IMG/VR virus record: IMGVR_UViG_3300032136_000022
Location: 1-25,217 of that record
Length of the DNA: 25,217 nt
Strand: one strand, 5' to 3'
From: a virus
Lineage: Duplodnaviria; Caudoviricetes
The translations under genes were made by a program, and so were the position numbers. The notes under the pieces were generated by a model. That model saw only the letters and a program-made list of their open reading frames with translations, was not told the origin of the DNA and made no database searches. Each line of letters starts with the position of its first letter. The first letter of the stretch is position 1. This document shows, one piece after another, positions 8,568 to 15,392 of this stretch.

Positions 8568-9329
8568 ATGACCACTTTAAGCGCAAACACTCCCAGGGAC
8601 TTCGAAGTCGGCGACGTGAACGAATTTCCCGTGATCGCGGCCGACATCATCTATGAAGGCGCGGCCGTCGGCCTTGTGACCGCTTCCGGTCACGCACAGC
8701 CGTTGACGTCTTCCGACCAGTTCGTCGGCTTTGCCGAAGACAAGGCCGACAATTCGTCCGGCGCGGCGGCGGCGATCAACGTCCGGGTGAAGCGAAAGGG
8801 CGCGGTCAAGCTGGCCGTGACCGGCGCCGTCATCACCGACGTCGGCCTTCCGGTCTACGCAAGCGACGATAACACCTTCAGCTTTATCAAGACGTCCGGT
8901 GTCTTCGTCGGCTTTGCGCGGCGGTTCGTTTCCGCCGGCTACATGATCGTCGAATTCGACGTCGACAACTACACGGACCCGCACCTGGGCCTGACCGCCG
9001 AAACCGTTTCGGCGAACAAAACCCTGGACGCCCTGGACACCGGGAAGGTCTTTTTCGTCGATACCGACGCGAAGACAATCACCCTTCCGGCCGTCGCGAA
9101 AATGTCCTTCCGGATCGTCAACGCGGGGGCATACGGGACCGTTCTGGTCACCATTTCGCCGAACGCTTCCGACAATATCCAGATGCCGGACCTGGCGGCG
9201 ACCGACGACAAGGACCTGCTGAACACGAAGGCAACGGCGAACCGTGGCGATATGGTCGATCTGGAATATGGCGACGCTACCGGCTGGATCGCGAAGCTGC
9301 TGGTCGGCACCTGGACGAAGGAAGCCTAA
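8568..9329 (+). CDS. Head decoration/cement protein with an extra C-terminal beta domain
   Basis: Lies between protease and capsid; IIYEGAAVG...FVGFA...DVGLPVYASDD pattern; additional ~115-aa domain (KTLDALDTGK...TITLPA). Confidence 0.7.
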   Translation: MTTLSANTPRDFEVGDVNEFPVIAADIIYEGAAVGLVTASGHAQPLTSSDQFVGFAEDKADNSSGAAAAINVRVKRKGAVKLAVTGAVITDVGLPVYASDDNTFSFIKTSGVFVGFARRFVSAGYMIVEFDVDNYTDPHLGLTAETVSANKTLDALDTGKVFFVDTDAKTITLPAVAKMSFRIVNAGAYGTVLVTISPNASDNIQMPDLAATDDKDLLNTKATANRGDMVDLEYGDATGWIAKLLVGTWTKEA

Positions 9330-9345
9330 CACAACGAATAACCGG

Positions 9346-9367
9346 CCGGCGGGTAGATGACCGCCGG
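9346..9367. promoter_or_regulatory. GC-rich stem-loop upstream of the capsid RBS
   Basis: CCGGCGG-gtagatga-CCGCCGG; no U tract. Confidence 0.35.
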
Positions 9368-9387
9368 TCATAAGGGGGAAACAAAAA

Positions 9388-10344
9388 ATGGCAATCGACA
9401 GACTTACCGAACGGCAAGTGATCGGGACCTTTTTCAAGGCCCTGGAACAGGACCTGGGCGCGTCCTGGATCCCCGGACTGACGAACTACTTCACCAGCGA
9501 CCAGGCGTCCGAAGAATACGCATGGTTGGGGATGCCCCCGGCGATGCGCGAATGGGTCGGCGGTCGAAACGCGAAGGGATTCCGCGAAAACGGCTTGACC
9601 ATCGCGAACAAACACTACGAATCCACGATCGACATCCTGGTCCGGCACCTTCGCCGGGACAAAAGCGGCCAGGCGATGCTCCGGATTCAGGAAATGGCCG
9701 ACCGGGCGAACGCCCACTGGGCTAGCCTGGTTTCGACGCTGATCATCAACGCGGCGGCAACCGTCTGCTATGACGGTCAGTACTTCTTCGACACGGATCA
9801 CAGCGAAGGCGATTCGGGGTCCCAGTCGAACGACATCACAGTCACCCTGTCCGGGATCCCCGTCGAAACCGACGGGACGTCGACGGCGCCGTCCGTTTCC
9901 GCGATGCAGTATTGTATCGCCCAGGCGATCGGCCAGATTGCTTCCTTCAAGGACGATCAGGGCGAACCGATGAACGAAAACGCCCAGTCCTTCCTGGTGA
10001 TGATCCCGCCGGTCTTCATGAACGCAACCCTTCAGGCCGTCCAGACCCCGGTCCAGGCGGCGGAAACTCAGACCGCGCTGGTGGCCTTGCAAAACAAGTT
10101 CAAGATCGACGTCGCGGTCAACGTCCGGCTGGCGGCGGACTGGACCACGAACTTCGCCGTCTTCCGTACCGACGGCCGGGTCAAGTCTTTCATCCGGCAG
10201 GAAGAAACCGGGATCACGCTGAAGGTCAAGGGCGACGACTCCGATTACTGCTTCGACAACGACGCCTGGCAGATCGGGATCGATACCTGGCGGAACGTCG
10301 GCTACGGTTTGTGGCAGAATTCCTGCCTGGTGACGATGGCCTAA
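9388..10344 (+). CDS. Major capsid protein, Mu gpT-like
   Basis: EEYAWLGMPPAMREWVG, TIANKHYESTI, CYDGQYFFDTDH, RNVGYGLWQ motifs. Confidence 0.93.
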   Translation: MAIDRLTERQVIGTFFKALEQDLGASWIPGLTNYFTSDQASEEYAWLGMPPAMREWVGGRNAKGFRENGLTIANKHYESTIDILVRHLRRDKSGQAMLRIQEMADRANAHWASLVSTLIINAAATVCYDGQYFFDTDHSEGDSGSQSNDITVTLSGIPVETDGTSTAPSVSAMQYCIAQAIGQIASFKDDQGEPMNENAQSFLVMIPPVFMNATLQAVQTPVQAAETQTALVALQNKFKIDVAVNVRLAADWTTNFAVFRTDGRVKSFIRQEETGITLKVKGDDSDYCFDNDAWQIGIDTWRNVGYGLWQNSCLVTMA

Positions 10345-10391
10345 AACGGCCGGGAACCAATAACAATAAACCCCAGGGAAGGGAACGCGGT

Positions 10392-10709
10392 ATGAATTAC
10401 TTTAGAGCAAACCAAACGGTAGAAATCGGCGAAGGGACGATCGCCTTAACGGACGCCCAGGCGGGGCCAAGGCGGCGCAAGCTGATGAAAGTCAAGGACG
10501 GCGTTTACCAGGTCCGGGAACTGGTCCAGTTCAAGGCCGGGGAAGTCGTCGGGATCGTCGGCGACGTCCCGAAGCATTTGGTCCACAAGGTCGACCCGGT
10601 CGACGCCGACGGCAATTCTCCCGAACCCGAAGAAGACTTCGAACCCGCCCCGGCGCCGAAGAAAAAGCCGGGGCCGAAACGAAAACCGCGAACCGGGGAC
10701 GCTGAATGA
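10392..10709 (+). CDS. Hypothetical virion-associated protein (MNYFRANQ...)
   Basis: AAGGG before ATG 10392; directly follows the capsid gene; ATGA overlap with the next gene. Confidence 0.7.
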   Translation: MNYFRANQTVEIGEGTIALTDAQAGPRRRKLMKVKDGVYQVRELVQFKAGEVVGIVGDVPKHLVHKVDPVDADGNSPEPEEDFEPAPAPKKKPGPKRKPRTGDAE

Positions 10710-11026
10710 CCGCGACCGACACTATATACAACCTGAACGGCCTGGCGGCGACCTATACGCCGTCGGGCGGATCGGGGTCCGCCGTGACCGTCCTTTTCCG
10801 GGAAGGTGGCGATCTGGAAAAGGACGGCGCGAACAGGCGGCACCGGGCGCGGATCAAGGTCCGCCAGTCCGAAGTCGCCGACCGTCCGACGTATCGGTCG
10901 ACCTTCCTGATCGGGTCGGACACATGGACGATCGTCGACGACGGCGTCCGGGAACTGAAGGCCAGCCCGTACCATGACGCGGAATGGCTTTGTGAATGCT
11001 CCAAAGGCGAAAGGGTCCCGTTATGA
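10706..11026 (+). CDS. Head-tail joining/closure protein (gpFII-like)
   Basis: 106-aa beta-rich protein in the neck position; ATYTPSGG...TFLIGSDTWTI. Confidence 0.65.
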   Translation: MTATDTIYNLNGLAATYTPSGGSGSAVTVLFREGGDLEKDGANRRHRARIKVRQSEVADRPTYRSTFLIGSDTWTIVDDGVRELKASPYHDAEWLCECSKGERVPL

Positions 11027-11640
11027 AAGGCGCGGCGCTGATATGGCGGAACGCGGCCCAGTTCAAAAAGGACCTGGACGCCGTCGAAACCAAACGAGTG
11101 AAGGCGGCGCACGTCGCGACGAAAAAGGAAGGCTTCCGCCTTCGCGGGAAACTTCAATCCGAATTGGCTTCTTCGCGGCCGGGGAACGCACGGCTGGCGC
11201 CCTATTCCCAGATCGCACGAAGAAAGAAGTCCGGCGACTTAAAGAAAAACGCCCGAAAACCGCTGGCCGGCATGAAGTACCTGATCCGGTATAAGGCGGA
11301 AAAGACCGGGAAAAACCTGAACGTCGCGGTCGGCTTTGTCCATCCAAAAATGAAGCGACGCGGGTGGGAAGACCTGGTCAACCGATTGCAGGAAGGCGGG
11401 GTCGCCTACGACCGGGCGCGAAAGCTGAAAGGCGCCTGGCTGGCGAACATCGGCGCAAGACTTTTGAAGCGGGGCCAGGGCAACGCGGCGAAATTCTTTT
11501 TCCTAAAAAAGACGACACGGGGCGCGATGCGCCTTCCGGCGCGGCCGGTTATTGACCCGTTTATTCGGGCAAACATGACCGAAGCCCTTCGAAATATCGA
11601 ACGCGACTGGGAACGCAAAATGGCCGGGGAACGGATATGA
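11023..11640 (+). CDS. Basic neck/tail completion protein (gpZ/HK97-gp10-like position)
   Basis: ATG 11023 overlaps the previous stop; K/R-rich; C-terminal LPARPVIDP motif. Confidence 0.65.
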   Translation: MKGAALIWRNAAQFKKDLDAVETKRVKAAHVATKKEGFRLRGKLQSELASSRPGNARLAPYSQIARRKKSGDLKKNARKPLAGMKYLIRYKAEKTGKNLNVAVGFVHPKMKRRGWEDLVNRLQEGGVAYDRARKLKGAWLANIGARLLKRGQGNAAKFFFLKKTTRGAMRLPARPVIDPFIRANMTEALRNIERDWERKMAGERI

Positions 11641-12116
11641 CCGATTTCAAGACCCACTTTGACGCGATCCGCGACGCGATCCACGACGACGCGACGACCC
11701 AGGCCTGGTGCGCGGCGGAATACGGGTCGACGCATAAGGTCTATGTCGGGATCGACGAGCGCGATCCGCCGGCCGAAGGCGACTGTCCCCTGGTCCACGT
11801 CTTCCCGATGGGACAGATCAACGGAATGGACCTGGAACAAAAGGACCGGTCCTTCGGGGTCGTTTGCGTACTCCACGACGACGCGGCGTCGGTCCAGGCG
11901 CGGGGGAACATTGTCGAAAAGAAGTCGATCGGGAACCTGTTGACCTTCACGAAGTATGTCGTCGCGGCGATCGACGGGGTCGATATCGACGACTGGGAAA
12001 TCGGCGTCGCGGACGTCGAATTCGACACGATCGAATCTTTTCCCTTCATACTGTCGTCGGTGGAAGTCCGCCTGACGCGTCCGTATTACCAGGGGGAATC
12101 GGATTACTTCGAATAA
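11637..12116 (+). CDS. Tail terminator-like protein
   Basis: Acidic 159-aa protein in the usual position before the tail tube; CPLVHV motif. Confidence 0.6.
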   Translation: MTDFKTHFDAIRDAIHDDATTQAWCAAEYGSTHKVYVGIDERDPPAEGDCPLVHVFPMGQINGMDLEQKDRSFGVVCVLHDDAASVQARGNIVEKKSIGNLLTFTKYVVAAIDGVDIDDWEIGVADVEFDTIESFPFILSSVEVRLTRPYYQGESDYFE

Positions 12117-12129
12117 AAGGGGACGACGT

Positions 12130-12351
12130 ATGAACAGATATCGCGGAATCATCGAAATCGATTGCAACGCGAAAACCTGTCGGCAAAAGACCGCCGACGG
12201 CAACGTCCGGCCGGCCTGTTGCGACTGCCCGGACGCCACGGTCGCGATCGTCGGGCTGGACGGAAAAGTCCTGGCAACGCTGAAGCCGCGATCGAAATGG
12301 GAGAAGCCGGCACCGAAGAAGACGTCCGGGAAAAAGAAAATAACAACCTAA
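12130..12351 (+). CDS. Small Cys-rich hypothetical protein
   Basis: AAGGGG ribosome-binding site; CNAKTC...CCDC; fills the gap exactly. Confidence 0.65.
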   Translation: MNRYRGIIEIDCNAKTCRQKTADGNVRPACCDCPDATVAIVGLDGKVLATLKPRSKWEKPAPKKTSGKKKITT

Positions 12352-12369
12352 CGGAATTGGGGGTGGAAA

Positions 12370-12786
12370 ATGGCCTATAACACGACACCTTTTCACGGCA
12401 AGGCGGCGCGGGTAGAAAAGAACAACGTCGCGATGGAATACACCGACGGCTGGCAGATCGACGCCAGCCTTGACATGGACGATATCAGTCGCCAAGGCCA
12501 GAATTGGAAGGAGTCGATCCCCGGCCTGGCGTCCTGGTCCGGGTCTTTTTCCGGGTCCTTTGTCGCCGGCAACACCGAACAAAAGGCTTTCTTCGATAAC
12601 ATCATCGCGGCGACGCCGGGGACGAAATTGACCGACGTGAAATTTCTTCTGGACGGCGCGACGAACGCCTTCACAGGGAACGTCTACGTCACGGGTTTTT
12701 CGATCAACCCGGCCGTGGGCGGGAAGGTCGGCTTCACGATCAACTTCCAAGGCGACGGCGCACTGACCCTGACCGACGCGGCCTAA
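12370..12786 (+). CDS. Major tail tube protein (siphovirus type)
   Basis: 138 aa; GWQIDASLD...NWKESIPGLASWSGSFSG...FTGNVYVTGFSI...FTINFQGDGAL. Confidence 0.88.
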   Translation: MAYNTTPFHGKAARVEKNNVAMEYTDGWQIDASLDMDDISRQGQNWKESIPGLASWSGSFSGSFVAGNTEQKAFFDNIIAATPGTKLTDVKFLLDGATNAFTGNVYVTGFSINPAVGGKVGFTINFQGDGALTLTDAA

Positions 12787-12801
12787 CGGCAAGGGGGGCC
12801 G

Positions 12802-13710
12802 ATGGGATCACCGACAACGCCCACGCACGGAAAACACGCGGCTTTATATCTTCTAAGGCCTGGCGGTTTCGTCGGCGACGGCCTGAACGATCTGTCCTGG
12901 GAAGTCGGGGTCGCGTCCCCAGAAGGCGTTTATGGCGTCGAAATACTCTCGGAAGGAACGCCCGACAAGGTCAAGGTGTACAGGGGCGGGTCATGGTATG
13001 ACAACGGCGGCGCCGGCTGGTCGATAACCGGCGCCCTGCAAGGCGTCACGGAATTCGGAACGGGGATGCGATTCCTTTTCGCGGCGACGACAGGACACAC
13101 GGCCGGGGATCGCTGGTATATAGGCGCTTTATTCGGATCGGATACGACGGTCGACGGGGCGACGGCTCAAATCACGGATGCCGCGATGCGATTACTTGAC
13201 CCGAACGATCTTCCGAACTTCGTCGATGTCGTCGACGGAAAAGCTGTTTTGAAAGTCGACCCGGTTCGCGGGAAGGCGACTTTTGTTTCATCCCTGGCCG
13301 GCGGGGTAGGGGCGACCGGGAAATATATCCCGAAGGAAGCGCTAAAAAAGATCGGATATCTTCGCGGCTGGTCCATGTCGATCAACGTCGACCTGGCCCA
13401 GGTCGAAACCTGCGGCGACGACTGGAAGGCGGCGGTCGCCGGACTTTCCGGCGGGTCAGTCGAAGCCGACGCCTTTTTGATCGGCACGGCGGCCGGCCTG
13501 GAAGTCCTAACTGCGGCGGCAAACGGCGGCCAGCCTTTATGCCTATTGCAGCTTTACAACTACGACCCGGATCAAGACCAGACCGGGGATCACTTCGACG
13601 CCTGGGCAATCATCGAAGGCGCTTCGCCTTCGTCGGCTATCGGGGAAATAGTAACCGATCCGATCAAGTTCGGCCTGGTCGCCGGGGTCGCGTTTACGGA
13701 AGACGCATAG
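12802..13710 (+). CDS. Tail tube paralog with a large internal insertion (copy 1)
   Basis: TTPTHGK N-terminus, GWSMSINVD...DWKAAVAGLSGGS and C-terminal TEDA align to the tube protein. Confidence 0.75.
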   Translation: MGSPTTPTHGKHAALYLLRPGGFVGDGLNDLSWEVGVASPEGVYGVEILSEGTPDKVKVYRGGSWYDNGGAGWSITGALQGVTEFGTGMRFLFAATTGHTAGDRWYIGALFGSDTTVDGATAQITDAAMRLLDPNDLPNFVDVVDGKAVLKVDPVRGKATFVSSLAGGVGATGKYIPKEALKKIGYLRGWSMSINVDLAQVETCGDDWKAAVAGLSGGSVEADAFLIGTAAGLEVLTAAANGGQPLCLLQLYNYDPDQDQTGDHFDAWAIIEGASPSSAIGEIVTDPIKFGLVAGVAFTEDA

Positions 13711-13719
13711 GGGGAAAGT

Positions 13720-14613
13720 ATGGGATCACCTACGACACCGATGCACGGAAAACACGCGGCCCTTTATCGGCGCCGGCCGAACGGATTCGTCGGGTCCGGT
13801 CTTAATGACCTGACCTTCGGGACCGGGTATTCCGGCGGGGCGTCGGCCTACTTTGAAGTCGAAATCGACGGGGAAGCGACGCCCGATACCTTCCGCTGGC
13901 GAAAAGACGGCGGCGCCTGGACTTCTGGCGTCGCCATAACGGGCGCGGCGCAAACCTTGAGCGACGATCAAACGGTTACCTTCGCGGCGACGACGGGTCA
14001 TACCAGCGGCGACAAATGGGTCATTGGCAATTTGGCGGCGGAAGCGACGACCGAAAGCGGGACGGACGCGCAGATCACGGACGCGACGAAGCGGATTCTG
14101 AACCCGGAAGCCCTTCCGACCTTTACCGACGATGGCGGCGAAACCGTTTTGACCGTTGATTTGGTCCGGGGCCTGGCCGGTTTTACCGCGAACGTCGGGA
14201 CCGTCACGGTCGCCGGGAACGACGGCTATATTCCGGCGGCGGCCCTTGAAAAAGTCGGATATCTTCTTGGCTGGTCCCTGGATCTGTCCGTCGACCTGGC
14301 GGACGTTTCCTGTTGCGGTCAAAACTGGAAAACGGCCGTTCCGGGTCTTTCCGGCGGATCCGGCGGCGCGGAAGCCTTCCTGATCGGGTCGAAGTCCTTC
14401 CTGAATGAACTGATCGACGCGGCCGACGGAACGGGGCTGTATCTTTTCCTTCGGCTTTTCAACTACGACCCAGACGCCGACGCGACCGGGGATCACTTCG
14501 ACCTTTGGGCAACGATCAACGGCCTATCGGTCGCGGCTACCATCGGCGACGTCGTAAAGGAACCCGTACAGTTCACGGTTCACGGCGGGGTCGCTTTCAC
14601 CGAAGACGCATAA
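13720..14613 (+). CDS. Tail tube paralog with a large internal insertion (copy 2)
   Basis: Collinear with 12802..13710; GWSLDLSVD...GQNWKTAVPGLSGGSG matches the tube protein's GQNWKESIPGL. Confidence 0.75.
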   Translation: MGSPTTPMHGKHAALYRRRPNGFVGSGLNDLTFGTGYSGGASAYFEVEIDGEATPDTFRWRKDGGAWTSGVAITGAAQTLSDDQTVTFAATTGHTSGDKWVIGNLAAEATTESGTDAQITDATKRILNPEALPTFTDDGGETVLTVDLVRGLAGFTANVGTVTVAGNDGYIPAAALEKVGYLLGWSLDLSVDLADVSCCGQNWKTAVPGLSGGSGGAEAFLIGSKSFLNELIDAADGTGLYLFLRLFNYDPDADATGDHFDLWATINGLSVAATIGDVVKEPVQFTVHGGVAFTEDA

Positions 14614-14658
14614 AGACCAGGGGAACCAAAAACCACGGAAGGGAAAGGAACAAACGCC

Positions 14659-15024
14659 ATGAAAATGAAACTTGACTTCACCGGCCTATCGATGGACCCG
14701 AAAGTTTACGACTTTGAAACCGGCGAACTTTTGACCGAAGCCGGCGACCGGGTCGCCGTCGGGGTCCGCCCCTATCCGGCCGAACTGACGAAGGTCGTCA
14801 TCACGCCGGAAGGGATGGTCGTCGACGGGGCGCAGACGATGGAGATCTTCGCCTATTGCCTGACCGACCTTTACAACTTCGAAGGCGCCGACGGGGTCGC
14901 CCTGACCCTGACCGACGGGGTCAAGGAAGCACTTTTCAAGTACAACCCGCACGGGATCCGGGACTTCGTGATCCAGCGGTCGCGGGACTTCCAGGACGCG
15001 AAGGGGGCGTCCGAACGGGACTGA
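14659..15024 (+). CDS. Tail assembly chaperone (gpG-like)
   Basis: 121 aa between the tail tube genes and the tape measure; AAAGGA upstream. Confidence 0.7.
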   Translation: MKMKLDFTGLSMDPKVYDFETGELLTEAGDRVAVGVRPYPAELTKVVITPEGMVVDGAQTMEIFAYCLTDLYNFEGADGVALTLTDGVKEALFKYNPHGIRDFVIQRSRDFQDAKGASERD

Positions 15025-15392
15025 CAGCCTGGGCGACCTGGTACTTCACGCCCCCGGCGAAGCGTATGGACTGCGGGACCTGCCGGCGGTCACAACGGGA
15101 CGGATTCATCAACATAACTTGCGAAGGGATCGATTATGTCGAAAAGTGCAAACGGCCGACCGACGCGATCCCGAAGCTATCTGACCGGATCCGCCGGTCG
15201 TGGGCCTTCGCCGAAAAGTATCTTCCCGGCGTTGTTCGTCCCGACGGCGGTTTCGACTTTTCGGGGCTTATGTCCGCGATGGACCTGGCCGGCGTCCCGA
15301 AAGGTCAAAGGCCTATTTTATACGATCGATGCCTGGTCGTTATCGAAGCACTAAGGGAAGCACGGCGGAAATATGGCAAAGCTGAAACTTGA
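15003..15392 (+). CDS. gpT-like chaperone extension (probable -1 frameshift product; alternative independent start at ATG 15066)
   Basis: Open -1 frame overlapping the end of the chaperone and ending in the TMP start; GGFDFSGLMSAMDLAGV...LVVIEALRE pattern. Confidence 0.6.
   Translation, partial: GGVRTGLTAWATWYFTPPAKRMDCGTCRRSQRDGFINITCEGIDYVEKCKRPTDAIPKLSDRIRRSWAFAEKYLPGVVRPDGGFDFSGLMSAMDLAGVPKGQRPILYDRCLVVIEALREARRKYGKAET

Noticed and set aside
7535-9437. Long minus-strand ORFs (371 aa, 286 aa, and similar ones across the window)
   Set aside because: Antisense shadows of GC-rich genes with strong codon bias; no motifs, and they overlap confident + strand genes
12802-14613. DGR template/variable repeat pair or invertible tail cassette
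   Set aside because: The similarity spans whole genes with general divergence rather than adenine-specific changes; no reverse transcriptase, invertase or flanking inverted repeats are visible
15001-15010. Mu-type -2 frameshift at GGGGGCG
   Set aside because: The downstream coding frame is reached by -1, not -2
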